From positions 1,612,001 to 1,676,000 of the forward strand of contig OZ025784.1 of assembly GCA_964019425.1 (NCBI GenBank): DNA of 64,000 bases. The letters are read 5' to 3'. This document shows positions 47,919-59,877 of this stretch, one piece after another. The notes beneath the pieces were generated by a model that was not told the origin of the DNA, made no database searches, and was given only the letters and a program-made list of their open reading frames with translations. How positions within the stretch are numbered: the first letter of the stretch is position 1; each line of letters begins with the position of its first letter. The position numbers and the translations under genes were made by a program. Origin of the DNA: Flectonema sp. DT1601 (Eukaryota).

Positions 47919-49364
47919 ATGGCAGAACTTCGCAGACGGAGACCGGCAGCTCCGACTGATGACGACGACGACGACTTAGCAGACCTGATGTCCAAACAGC
48001 AAACACCAAAACCACAAAAACGAGGAAAGTGGAACAAATATCTTCTTCTGTTGGTAGTAATAATCGGAATAGTTATCATCGGATTAAACAGAACTGACCA
48101 CCATCCGAGTAAATTAAAACTAAAATATGGAAAACACGGCTGCAACCTATTTATGGGAGGTGGTGGTTCCTACAGCCTAACAAATCAAATAATAAAATAC
48201 ACTCAGGGATGGGGGTGTTCTATCTTCCTTGGAGAGCCGTGGTCGGAAGGTGATGTTTTACGTGATTTGATTATTAAAACGATGCCGAAAAACGCAGCCA
48301 CGACATACAAACCTGTTGATGAGGTTTCGTATGAAGACTTTGAAACAAACGACGATTTTAAAAATGAATATGCGAACCCGCGTGTGCCGATGGTGGCGAA
48401 GGATGCGGCGGACTTTTTAGGACTTTCGGATCTCATGAGTGAAGGTCACCTAACTGATGTGTGTAGCAGTTCAAACGTTGATTTAATTGAGTACAACAGC
48501 AGCACTACTGAAGTCTGGGGTGGAATGTTAGAACATGCTGATGGAGCTGTTCCTCTTTCTCAATTCTTATCTGCGCTTCATAATGACGCAACTCACAGTG
48601 GATATGTTCACGATTGGTCAATACCAACTCATTGTCCTTCGTTGTTAGAAACCATTTCGATACCAAAACAATTCTCGTTGGACTACTTAAGGATTACTGG
48701 TCATTCTTGTAGATATCAAATGGCCTGGCCGAGTTTATTTATTGGAAATGCCAACAGGAGAACAACTCCACAGACTGCTTCCCTGTCAACTCACAGTTGG
48801 TTTGTGCAGTTAGAAGGACATCGAAAGTGGAGAATTGTAAGCGCCAATGAGACGTTGTTGATGTACCCAAATCCTTACAGCTACGGAGTGGATCTTTTTG
48901 AACCAGATTTTGAGAAGTTTCCGTTAGCGAAGCTCCTCACTGTACACGAAGTCATTACTTCTCCAGGTGATTTGATATTTATTCCGTCGGAAGCTGTTTA
49001 TCAGTCGGAAGGAATCCTTGGTCAGAATCCATCCCAGCGAAGTGTGTCGTTCAGTAACACTTTTATGGACCAAACCTGTTTCTCAGAAGCTCTAAAGTCT
49101 ACTCAAGAAGCAGGCACTGTTGATGAAATGGTTCACGATCTTGCTCGTCAACTCCTCGCTTTGAATGAAAGCGGACTGCTGCCACATAATGAGGCTGACC
49201 ATTCGTTTAGTTGGGAGGAATACAAATCACAAACACTCCCTCGATTGGCGAAGCCTGAAGAGAAGGAGATGAATTCTACTGAAAAGATTGTAATTTATGG
49301 ATTGGGAGGACTGACAGTAGTGTTTTCGATACTTGCATATTTGATTTATAAAGACCTCGTTTAG
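47919..49364 (+). CDS. Membrane-anchored JmjC/cupin-like protein
   Basis: WPSLFIG..W..QLEGHRKWRIV and PGDLIFIPS motifs; hydrophobic segments near both termini. Confidence 0.75.
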   Translation: MAELRRRRPAAPTDDDDDDLADLMSKQQTPKPQKRGKWNKYLLLLVVIIGIVIIGLNRTDHHPSKLKLKYGKHGCNLFMGGGGSYSLTNQIIKYTQGWGCSIFLGEPWSEGDVLRDLIIKTMPKNAATTYKPVDEVSYEDFETNDDFKNEYANPRVPMVAKDAADFLGLSDLMSEGHLTDVCSSSNVDLIEYNSSTTEVWGGMLEHADGAVPLSQFLSALHNDATHSGYVHDWSIPTHCPSLLETISIPKQFSLDYLRITGHSCRYQMAWPSLFIGNANRRTTPQTASLSTHSWFVQLEGHRKWRIVSANETLLMYPNPYSYGVDLFEPDFEKFPLAKLLTVHEVITSPGDLIFIPSEAVYQSEGILGQNPSQRSVSFSNTFMDQTCFSEALKSTQEAGTVDEMVHDLARQLLALNESGLLPHNEADHSFSWEEYKSQTLPRLAKPEEKEMNSTEKIVIYGLGGLTVVFSILAYLIYKDLV

Positions 49365-49522
49365 TCTCAACGGGGAAGTACTTCTCACCCTCACAAGCAG
49401 GGAGAAACTTGTTTTAAAGTTGTTCACTTAGGATCCGTCTTGCTTTAGAGCTTGACTGGGTGATGAGAGGGAATACCTATTATATTTAATTCTTCTTTAA
49501 TACTTATCAGGCACACAAAAAA

Positions 49523-50725
49523 ATGTGTACCCCAACCCCAACACATGCCCCAGGTATGTGGGGATGGATCAGGCATGCTCTCTTCGTTACATGGTTACTG
49601 GCTAAGTGGGCACTCCAACTAATATACGTGGCAGGTCCAGTTGGAATAGGAAAATGGTTGCTGTTATTAGCGAGGTTAGTGTTGTTTGTTTTGTTTTTAA
49701 TACCTCAAGTATTCCTACCTGAGGCCTGGAAGTACTGTACTTCTGGTAGTATTCTTAGAGATGTACCATACGGAGATAACTCTGTGACGTCAGGAAGAAG
49801 TGTGTTAGATATTTATTTACCGACACCAGCATATTGGTGGATTCAGTCTCTGCATACAAGAGAACCACAAAAGAAGAGACCTGTTGTAATATTCGTAGTT
49901 GGTGGTGCTTGGATTGTTGGTTATAAAGGATGGGGTGCTCTCATCGCTAGAGTCCTATCTGCTGCTGGTATCATTTGTTTCCTTCCAGACTATCGGAATT
50001 ACCCACAAGCAACCCTATCTGATATGGTTGCTGATTGTGGGGATGCTATTTCTTGGATTCAAAGTAATTTAGAAGCCTACGGAGGAGATCCTGAAAACGT
50101 TGTTTTAGTCGGTCAGTCAGCAGGTGCGCATCTTTCGCTGCTTTCGTTAGTTCTGCCAAACAGGATTTTTGATGCCTCAAAAATCCAGGCTTTTGTAGGG
50201 ATTTCAGGTCCGTACTGCATTCCGTCTTTGTATGATTTCTTTCAATCGAGAGGATTGTATAAGTCTGCGTTGGATTTGATTTTCGAATCTGACCCAAAGA
50301 AACATTCACCAACAACTTATTTAACATCAGAAGAACGTCGAAACCCCCGTAGTGACCTTCCTCCAATATATCTGTTTCATGGAACGAATGACAACTCTGT
50401 TCCGATGTGTTCTTCAACTTTATTAAGAGATCATTTACAGTCACTTGGTCATCCTGTTGCTTGTAAACTATTTGAAGGTCACACTCATACGGCTCCGATT
50501 ATTGAAGCACCAGTTGGGGGAGATGATCCTTTGATTACTGACCTTCTACATCTCTTTACATCAAGGCAGTGGGGCAAGTTACCTCCAACTGGAGGGTTCA
50601 CTGGAAACATGAAAGAAATCGTTGAGAATTCAAACTGTGAGAGTGTATTGAAAGACATCGCTCCGATGGTACCGAGAGCTAACCCGACGGTGCTGAAAAT
50701 CGCTGGTTGGTTGAATCCGTTTTAA
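49523..50725 (+). CDS. Alpha/beta hydrolase, isoprenylcysteine methylesterase (ICME)-like
   Basis: GGAWIVGYKGWG, DYRNYPQ, GQSAG nucleophile, FHGTND and HT; N-terminal TM segments. Confidence 0.85.
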   Translation: MCTPTPTHAPGMWGWIRHALFVTWLLAKWALQLIYVAGPVGIGKWLLLLARLVLFVLFLIPQVFLPEAWKYCTSGSILRDVPYGDNSVTSGRSVLDIYLPTPAYWWIQSLHTREPQKKRPVVIFVVGGAWIVGYKGWGALIARVLSAAGIICFLPDYRNYPQATLSDMVADCGDAISWIQSNLEAYGGDPENVVLVGQSAGAHLSLLSLVLPNRIFDASKIQAFVGISGPYCIPSLYDFFQSRGLYKSALDLIFESDPKKHSPTTYLTSEERRNPRSDLPPIYLFHGTNDNSVPMCSSTLLRDHLQSLGHPVACKLFEGHTHTAPIIEAPVGGDDPLITDLLHLFTSRQWGKLPPTGGFTGNMKEIVENSNCESVLKDIAPMVPRANPTVLKIAGWLNPF

Positions 50726-51617
50726 AAAAAAAAAAAATAAAATAAAATAATAAAATCTTTTTTATCTACTCGAGGAGCTGATTTCCCTGACGCAACTGAA
50801 ATAGGAAGCACTGAGAGAGTGCTTAGCCTGCAGTCTTTTAATCAAGTCAACTCGTGATTACTTATAAAGGTATTAAAGTACATCAGTCTCTTACTGTTTA
50901 TGTTAGTCATCTGATACTTTGAATGCCGTTTAAATATGTTTTACGTAATTAGTTTGTCAAATTATTAAGCTTCCCCCATTCCCTTCTATGCGAGTGCCGC
51001 TTTTTGTCTACTGTCGTTTTTTTGTCTATCGCCCTGCCTTTGTAAGAACTTCCCCCTTTTTTTCTTCTTTCTTGTTTTTCTTAATTCGGTTTCGTCGACT
51101 GCATAGCACTTTTGTTACATTGTTGATGTCTTTTCTGTATGTTTTTTTCGATTTCTTCGTCTGCTTTCCTTTTCTTTTGTGCACGTTGACCAATAAAGCG
51201 ACTCGAAGGAACTCTATCAGCACTAAGTGAACATACAACTGGCTATAGCCAAATTGTGTTGAAATAGTAGGTCTGCCAACTGGCAATTGATGTTGGAAAC
51301 TCATTTATTGTTGTTCTCCTTCGCGAGTCTGATCACTGATGATCCGTTTGGTCTGCTACGGATGGACTTTTTACTCAAATGATTATTGTCTTATTCTCTT
51401 TTTTTTTTTTTTTTTTTTTTTTTGATTTAAATAATGACATGATTACCAACTGCTATACTAAAGCAAGTCCTTTGTATCACATTACTGTTCTAAATAAATA
51501 ACGTACCCTTGTTTATTAATAATAATATAAAGAGACTGTGTAAAGTGGTTAAGACTGATAACCGCAGGATCCCTTACTTTCTTCACTGAAGAGGACCAGG
51601 AATGGTACCGAAGAAAA

Positions 51618-51660
<43 letters not shown>

Positions 51661-52200
51661 GCTCGAAAAACCATCCATTATGTGTTTGGTTGTCCTACGA
51701 ATCATTTAATTTATTTTTATGATAATTTTTTTTCTAATTATTTTTTGCTACACCACTCTTGGGCATGTATCCTCGTCAGCTTGTATATTAAGGTAGACAG
51801 TTTCGCTTTGTTCTGAGTTTAAAAAGAAAACCAATAAATATAAACAGAAACCTTTCCTTCTTTAACTTTATATAATAATAATTAAATAGTAATTCTTAGT
51901 GCGACAAATAACATTAAAAAAAAAAAAAAAAAACACACACACGTAACTGGTTTAGATTGTTTTTGTTATAATTTAGTGGGGAGGTTCGACTTGATTACTT
52001 GCTGTACTCAAAATTCTTATATATTTTAAAAAGTTATTATTCTCAATGATAAGATTAATGATTATTTGTGTTATGTTCACATAATTATTATTATCTTTTC
52101 AACAGGATTAACAGGATCGGTAGTCTCGTCATTCAGAAATCATTAAAATAGTAATAATCTGATATCCCTATTTCCTAATTAGACTCAACTACATCTAAAG

Positions 52201-53370
52201 ATGTCTGTCCAACTTCTGTTCGCAGCGGCCACCGCAACTGTCGGTAAGAACTTAGCACCAACGCCACCGATGGGATGGATGAACTGGGAAATATTCAGAT
52301 GTAACGTCGACTGCGCAAAGTACAACGAGAGCTGTGTCAACGAGTACTTGTTCACTACGATGACTGACAGGTTAGTATCAGATGGGTACCTTGCTGCTGG
52401 TTACAATGGTATTCACATTGATGACTGTTGGATGAGAAAGAACCCTGAGAGAGATCAGAATGGGAAACTGTTCCCTGACCCTGAAAGATTCCCTCACGGA
52501 TTTAAGTGGTTGGGTGACTACATGCACAACAAGAGTGTGAAGTTCGCCATCTACACTGCTGAGTCACCACACACTTGTGCTGGATACCCGGCATCAGCAA
52601 ACCACGAAGTGACTGACGCCGATACATTTGCTGAATGGGGAGTTGACTACATGAAGGTCGATGGATGTGGAGATGCTGGTTACTACCCAAAGGGATACCC
52701 AGCCATGGGTAACGCTCTTGTGAACAGTGGACGGGACATCGTGTACTCCTGCTCTTGGCCTGCCTACCTCGGCAGCAACGAGTCCAGCAAGCCTTACACA
52801 GCTATGGCTGCTGCCCACTGCAACCTTTGGAGAAACTGGGCTGACATTCAGTGCAACTGGGGCTCCCTCGCTTCGATCATTGAGCACTGGGGACAATGGG
52901 GAACCGTCCTCCGTAACGCCGCCAAGACCGGAGCTTGGAACGACCCTGACATGCTTTTGATTGGAAACAAGTGTATCACTGTTGAAGAAGCAAAGACCCA
53001 GATGGCCCTCTGGTCCATCTCTGCCGCTCCGCTCATTATGGGTAACGACCTCAGAATTGTACCAGATACTCACAAGGCTGTCCTCCTCAACAAGGAGGCG
53101 ATTGCCATCGACCAGGACTCATTGGGTGTTCAGGGAATTCGTGTTCACAACGAGACCACCTTCCAGATTTGGACTCGTCCTCTCGCCAATGGAGATGTTG
53201 CGTACGGTCTTTACAACCCAACCATCACTTCCCAGACTGCTCGTGTCACTTTCGACAGCAAGTCTAACGTCAGGGACATCTGGGAGCAGAAGGACCTTGG
53301 GGCATTCACTACATACGTCACTCAAGTTCCATCCCACGGAACAGCCTTTCTCCGTGTGAGCAAGCAGTAA
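52201..53370 (+). CDS. GH27 alpha-N-acetylgalactosaminidase/alpha-galactosidase, copy 1
   Basis: TPPMGWMNW, IDDCW, YMKVDGC, YSCSWPAY and WNDPDML motifs; short signal-like N-terminus. Confidence 0.95.
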   Translation: MSVQLLFAAATATVGKNLAPTPPMGWMNWEIFRCNVDCAKYNESCVNEYLFTTMTDRLVSDGYLAAGYNGIHIDDCWMRKNPERDQNGKLFPDPERFPHGFKWLGDYMHNKSVKFAIYTAESPHTCAGYPASANHEVTDADTFAEWGVDYMKVDGCGDAGYYPKGYPAMGNALVNSGRDIVYSCSWPAYLGSNESSKPYTAMAAAHCNLWRNWADIQCNWGSLASIIEHWGQWGTVLRNAAKTGAWNDPDMLLIGNKCITVEEAKTQMALWSISAAPLIMGNDLRIVPDTHKAVLLNKEAIAIDQDSLGVQGIRVHNETTFQIWTRPLANGDVAYGLYNPTITSQTARVTFDSKSNVRDIWEQKDLGAFTTYVTQVPSHGTAFLRVSKQ

Positions 53371-55243
53371 GTCCTCTCGTCTTTAATTTCATTACATTGT
53401 AGAACTCGTGTTTATCGCAAAGCCAAATGAGTCGAAATTGTGATTGCAACTTCCGAACTTCTGTTGAAACAAGAGCGGAAACGGTAATTCGATTCAGCGA
53501 ATAAAATTAAAAATTGAATATAAAATAGTACAGTGGATGAGGTGAAGAAAAGAAAAAAACGTTATTTTATTTTATTTTATTTTTTTAATCTCATATAAGG
53601 AATGATTGTATACGCCACATGTAACGTTTCTTAAGAAATAAATAAATAAAACGATCTTCGCACGTTACTGACTACCAAGAAGTAATGGCAACTCAAGGTT
53701 GTTGAATGAATGGAATAATAAAAAGAAAAGTCACATGTAATCAGTGTGAGCGTTGTTCATTTTGCTTGTTCGCCTTTAACGGTACCACCTGCAGATCCAG
53801 CTCTGTGGCGTTTTCCTGCGTGTCTCGATTTGGTTTATTGCAATTCAATTGGTGGAAATATAATTATCTCTCACAGGCAGATGAATGATGTTCGTATCGT
53901 ACTACTCGGAGGGAGATGTTTTAAAAGTACTCCACATGCTCATTACCTTGATTGGTATTATCGTTTTCCTCCTTTTCTAAATAAACATAGAAATAGTTAT
54001 TTAGTGAGCTCTAATAGTCTGATGTTCTCTTTCCCAATCAGACTCATCTCCCTCAACTACGTTAGTAGTGTGCTACGAATCAGCTTTTATAAGAACTGTT
54101 TTGTTCTTTTAACTTTCGTGTTAAGTTGTAACGGACTACAGGGCATGAGACGCTCAACTTGATACTACGTGGTCCCCGAATGACCAACGTCTTCTGGTCA
54201 ATAAAACAAAATATATTTTTCTTTTTTTTTCGTTTTCTCTTTTCTAAAATTCTTTTCGCTTCTCGGTGGATCTTCGCAGTCCAAGAATTAGAGAACATGA
54301 ACATATGTTTGTAGATTCCGAAACCAACAGTGAAATAGCTATCGACGAACTCAAGCAGGCAAGCAAGCTGGCGGCAACCAACGAAAGGTCTTTTTCTAAC
54401 AATGGTGACGGTTACGCATTCATTCTAAAAAACCCAACCATTCAGAGAAGTGTAAAAAATCCCCTAAAAAAAGTCAAACGACAGCATTACCAGCACGGGT
54501 TAACGCTCACAGCAATGCGGCGTGATGTTTCTTGGTATTGTTGTTCTTTTTGCTAGTGAAAAAAAAAAGAGAAACAGCAAATGGGGTACTGGAAGTGGCG
54601 ATGCCACCGACAATAGTGTTAAAGGTTGAGTCGTGAAGTTCAGAAAATTTCCCTTTAATATTTATTTGATTGAAGTATAAAGAAAAACTAATTTTAAACT
54701 GCAACGGGCTACAGGGCATCATGGGGGCTCTCTATTTTGACAGCACATATGGGGATTTATCGATACTAACTGTTGGTCTCTCGAACCCTATATTCGTTTT
54801 AGCCAGTTTCAAGTTGCTTTATATTTAATCATAGTATCAAGTTCCCCACTTGTCTTCCTGCAACTATTACTTTAAAAGATGCCTTTTGAAATGGCAATTG
54901 TTTTTGAGTTCCCAGAAGCATTAACCTTGCAGTGGTTGAAAAAGATGTACCTAGCAATTCCCGGAAAAGCAGAAGTTGGATCTCTGGTCGATAGTGACAG
55001 AAATTTCGATACCAATTAATTTGGAAAGACTGCATTCAGTTCACTTATCACTTTTTATTTTAACAGCGAAGATGATATTAAAAGAATCCCCAGTGGCGTT
55101 AATCTTAATAGGTTTGGACTAAAATTGTGCCACAAAAAAAAAAAGAGGGTTTGTTTGAAGAAATGTGTTTCGTGCATTTGTTAATCTCATCATACTCCAA
55201 GCCATTCATCATCACATTTCGTAGGTTACTCAGTCGAGTTAAA

Positions 55244-56644
55244 ATGCAACTCTCGGTTACGTTCCCGGACGCCGGATTTCCTGACGTTGTTTTCACAGCT
55301 TCTGGAGAGTCGCTCGTGAAGGATGCATTGCAGGTTGCAGCTGACGAGTGGGGTACCGATGCTGACTTTCTTGAGCTTTCTCTCGCAGGATCGCTGCTTC
55401 GAGCAGGTAATCGACTGGTTTCGTATGGAGTGGAAGACGGCTCGCTGTTGGATGCATCGGTGGTGCGCTTGTTTGGATTGGGATTTTTGACAGATTCTGC
55501 AAAGAGAGCGAAGGCATTCCTACGAGGAGAACGGGATCAGGACGGGTTTTTCTGCCTTGATACTCCCACATTCGCTGTGGATGGCTGTCTTCAGTTTGAC
55601 AACGATGATGAGTGGTTCTCGAATGATGTTACGAACATCTCATTCTGCAACTCTGAACCCTCAGTCACGACCGTTTCAGATTATTTCTTAATTCAATTAA
55701 ATGAGGTTACAAAAGTCAGTCTGCCTGGTCTTCAATACGTCACGGTTGTTGGTTGTTATTTCCTCCAAGAATGCGAGTCACTGACATCCGTAGACTTATC
55801 AAGTCTCAGCAATGTTTCAGTTGTTGGAGATGGTTTTCTATTTGGTTGTTCATCCCTCACATCTGTTGACTTATCAAGTCTAAGCAATATTTCAGTTGTT
55901 GGAAACTTTTTTCTAAGTTATTGTTCATCCCTCACATCTCTGGACTTATCAAGTCTAAGCAATATTTCAGTTGTTGGAGGGTGTTTTTTATATGGTTGTT
56001 CATCCCTCACATCTGTTGACTTATCAAGTCTAAGCAATATTTCAGTTTTTGGAGAGTGTTTTCTAAGTAATTGTTCATCCCTCACATCTGTGGACTTATC
56101 AAGTCTAAGCAATATTTCAGTTGTTGGAGAGGATTTTCTAAGTTATTGTTCATCCCTCACATCTCTGGACTTATCAAGTCTCAGCAATATTTCAGTTGTT
56201 GGAGAGGCTTTTCTAAATAATTGTTCATCCCTCACATCTGTTGACTTATCAAGTCTAAGCAATATTTCAGCTGTTGGAAACTATTTTCTAAATGATTGTT
56301 CATCCCTCACATCTCTGGACTTATCAAGTCTCAGCAATATTTCAGCTGTTGGAGACAGTTTTCTAAGTGATTGTTCATCCCTCACATCTGTGGACTTATC
56401 AAGTCTAAGCAATATTTCAGCTGTTGGAGACGATTTTCTAAGTAATTGTTCATCCCTCACATCTCTGGACTTATCAAGTCTCAGCAAAGTCTCAGTTGTT
56501 GGAAACAATTTTCTAAGTAATTGTTCATCACTTACTTCCTTGGATTTTTCCCTCATGAATGTGGAATCCGTTGGAAGTAAGTTCCTAAATAATTGTTCAT
56601 CCATTAACAGAGACCAACTGCATACGAGCATAAGGAATTTGTAA
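55244..56644 (+). CDS. Ubiquitin-like domain + BspA/TpLRR-type leucine-rich repeat protein
   Basis: Likely ATG at 55244. The N-terminal region is Ubl-like (LRAGNRLVSYGVEDGSLL), followed by about 12 25-aa repeats SLTSxDLSSLSNISVVGxxFLxxC. Confidence 0.85.
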   Translation: MQLSVTFPDAGFPDVVFTASGESLVKDALQVAADEWGTDADFLELSLAGSLLRAGNRLVSYGVEDGSLLDASVVRLFGLGFLTDSAKRAKAFLRGERDQDGFFCLDTPTFAVDGCLQFDNDDEWFSNDVTNISFCNSEPSVTTVSDYFLIQLNEVTKVSLPGLQYVTVVGCYFLQECESLTSVDLSSLSNVSVVGDGFLFGCSSLTSVDLSSLSNISVVGNFFLSYCSSLTSLDLSSLSNISVVGGCFLYGCSSLTSVDLSSLSNISVFGECFLSNCSSLTSVDLSSLSNISVVGEDFLSYCSSLTSLDLSSLSNISVVGEAFLNNCSSLTSVDLSSLSNISAVGNYFLNDCSSLTSLDLSSLSNISAVGDSFLSDCSSLTSVDLSSLSNISAVGDDFLSNCSSLTSLDLSSLSKVSVVGNNFLSNCSSLTSLDFSLMNVESVGSKFLNNCSSINRDQLHTSIRNL

Positions 56645-56776
56645 TGACGGAAATCACAAGTGTTGTTTCCAATGTGTGTGCGTTATTCCCTTTTGTTTTA
56701 TTTCGAAGTATTTAATATATCTTTTATTCAAGTTTCTCATTACTGGGTTCTGATGTGAAGAAACATGTTATGAAAT

Positions 56777-57573
56777 TTATTGATAATGCTAATTAAACTA
56801 CCTATTTAAAGATTATTAATGACGAGCTTTCTGTAGTAGATGCGGTGACTGGTCAGGGATTCAAGTTTTCTAATTTTCCTTCCCGCGGTTAAGTTGCCTC
56901 CTGCGACGAAATCCCCTGGGTAGATGAAGAACGTTTCTTTCCTCCAGGGTTGTTGTCTTATTTTATTTTATTAGTATCAATTTTTTTTCTTATCATTACT
57001 TTATGTCTTATTTTCTGATCTAATGTGGCGTGTTCTCCCTCTCTTTCACGAAAATAGGCGCTGTCAGCCGTCTCTAACATTGTCTGCTCACGCGGGCGGT
57101 GGGTTTAAGTGGTCATTTGTTCCAGGTTATTCTATGTCTCTTATCGTCTGTGAGAGTGTCGCGGTTGCTGGTAGCGATATAATTGTTACCCTGTGAGCTT
57201 TTCTTGGTTTTTGGTTCCTAGGCTTAAATAAATAAATACTTGAAAGTGTTTTCAGAAAAAAGGATGTGTGTTCGCTCACACACTCTTAACAAGTGTTTGT
57301 TAGTTGGAATTTAATATTTGATTGAATTGCAGTGTTCTTATTCCCTTGACTGGGTCATATTCTATCAGACAAATCCCTTTTCCATTTCGCAGTATTACGG
57401 CATGACTGTTGGACTCCTCCCCATAGGGAAGTATCAGTGCTCGGTAAGAAATCTTCATTATGTTTTTACCGGATCGTCTCGTTATGTGGCATATCTTGTT
57501 GAGTCAAGGTTCAAGGTACCTTTTAACACGTGCTTTGTTTCTCCAAATGGCAGTCACTCATTTTGTCGTTTAC
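56777..57573. repeat. ~800-bp non-coding direct repeat, copy 1
   Basis: Highly similar to 57958-58746. Confidence 0.9.
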
Positions 57574-57639
57574 GGTGAAGTGTTCCTTGAACAAATAAAA
57601 GAAAGTTCAAACTCGCATCCCTCCCCCCGCAAAAATTTC

Positions 57640-57890
57640 TGTTTTATTTTATTATTTAGTATCCCCCCCCTGTGGCATGCGCCTCCTCTCTTGGCGAAAA
57701 TAAGTGTTATCAACAATCCTTAACACTTGCTCTTATGTCAAGTGGGTCTTAACACGAATACTGATGGTCACACCGTCCCTTCACGCCTGAGGGATTCTTT
57801 ACGGTTGTGTGGTATCGAATGACTGATACTCCGTAAGCTTACCATGATGTACAAGTGTTAGGATTTTCTAAATAAATAAAAATAAAAAAT
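57640..57890. repeat. MITE-like repeat related to 4985-5130
   Basis: Imperfect inverted ends TTTATTATTTAGTATCC / GGATTTTCTAAATAAATAAA and shared internal blocks. Confidence 0.45.
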
Positions 57891-57957
57891 ATTCCCTTGA
57901 CTGGGTCACGTTCTATCAGACCCCCATCCCCGTTTGGAATTCCCCACCCGCCCAAAC

Positions 57958-58746
57958 TTATTGATAATGCTAATTAAACTACCGATTTAAAGATTATTAA
58001 TGACGAGCTTTCTGTAGTAGATGCGGTGACTGGTCAGGGATTCAAGTTTTCTAATTTTCCTTCCCGCGGTTAAGTTGCCTCCTGCGACGAAATCCCCTGG
58101 GTAGATGAAGAACGTTTCTTTCCTCCAGGGTTGTTGTCTTGTTTTATTTTATTAGTATCAATTTTTTTACTTATCATTACTTTATGTGTTATTTTCTGAT
58201 CTAATGTGGCGTGTTCTCCCTCTCTTTCACGAAAATAGGCGCTGTCAGCCGTCTCTAACATTGTCTGCTCACGCGGGCGGTGGGTTTAAGTGGTCATTTG
58301 TTCCAGGTTATTCTATGTCTCTTATCGTCTGTGAGAGTGTCGCGGTTGGTGGTAGCGATATAATTGTTACCCTGTGAGCTTTTCTTGGTTTTTGGTTCCT
58401 AGGCTTCTTAAATAAATAAATACTTGATGGTGTTTTCAGAAAAGAAGATGTGTGTTCGCTCACAAGTGTTTGTTAGTTGGAATTTAATATTTGATTGAAT
58501 TGCGGTGTTCTTATTCCCTTGACTGGGTCATATTCTATCAGACAAATCCCTTTTCCATTTCGCAGTATTACGGCATGACTGTTGGACTCCTCCTCATAGG
58601 GAAGTATCAGTGCTCGGTAAGAAATCTTCATTATGTTTTTACCGGATCGTCTCGTTATGTGGCATATCTTGTTGAGTCAAGGTTCAAGGTACCTTTTAAC
58701 ACGTGCTTTGTTTCTCCAAATGGCAGTCACTCATTTTGTCGTTTAC
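57958..58746. repeat. ~800-bp direct repeat, copy 2, flanked by a 25-bp direct repeat
   Basis: CCCCGTTTGGAATTCCCCACCCGCC occurs at 57928-57952 and 58746-58770. Confidence 0.9.
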
Positions 58747-59877
58747 CCCGTTTGGAATTCCCCACCCGCCTTTCCCCCGCCAGTGTCCGGTCGAATCGAT
58801 ACGGGCCTGGCACAATCCCTGCGCGGAAGTAATCTGCACCCATCCACGGTGACTGAGATATCCCAGAAAATAAATATTCTCCCAACTAACTTTGAACAAC
58901 AAAAAGAAGTTCAAACCTCTAATTGATGTCAACTACTAACTCTCTGTGGTGGGGGGGCTACTGCTACGGTAGTATCTGTTCTGTAAATACTATTATCCTT
59001 CGTAATGATACTTTCATCCATTAAAACAGTCACAATATGTAGTTTAGTATCATACTTACGGAATGAATGATATCCATTTATTATATTTATTCGCAAGTAG
59101 GTAAGAAACTACTTAACTCCAACAACATGTCGACTCTTTTAGCAGATACTTCGTTGTGTTGATGTCAGCTTGTTTAGGTAATGCCTTATTCTCTTATCAT
59201 ATTTCCTTCTCAGGTGCAAACAGTGATGGAAAGCGAATCACCGAAATGTTCTCTTTTGTAGACATTTTTTAGATTGAGGTTTCTGAATGCCTTTCCCGCT
59301 GCTGTGATTCTCCAGTGCCGTACTGCACTGAATGACAACACGGACAAAGAGACATGTATGCAGACACGTTAGAAACATTGATTGTGATGTAGAATACGTA
59401 CGTCATCTGCAGAGTGTTAGCCTATATTAGCATTATTAGTCACTGTGTCGTGAGTTTTTTAATTTCATTATTTAGCTTTGATGCAACACAGAGATTGATA
59501 TTCGTATAAACCTAATCAAACAGTTTACCCCTCACAGTAGTGTTTTCGTGTACCTGTTAGTCACTTTATTATAACTAATGTTTATTATAGTTAACTCTGG
59601 TGTAATACAGATGTTTATTTCTTCATAGATATAATGAAACATTTCATCCCTAAAGTCATTTTAATAATGAAAGAAAAGAAGCAATGAGGTATATGGATTA
59701 CTCTCGAAGCCTGAATAGTTAAATATCCCCATAGTTCACTGAACACTTAGCAGATTGTTAAATTTTCTTTTGTGTTATTGTGATGCAGTGGAGTTGGTGC
59801 TTTTATGAATTCAAATATTCGACCCCGGTCTTATCTATTCGGGAAGAAATGATCAACTGCCCTTTGCATTTTTCAGT

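Noticed and set aside
54130..54719. 96-aa ORF (54266-54556) between 17-bp imperfect direct repeats AACGG(A/G)CTACAGGGCAT
   Set aside because: No recognisable domain or element ends; could be a small insertion but is unsupported.
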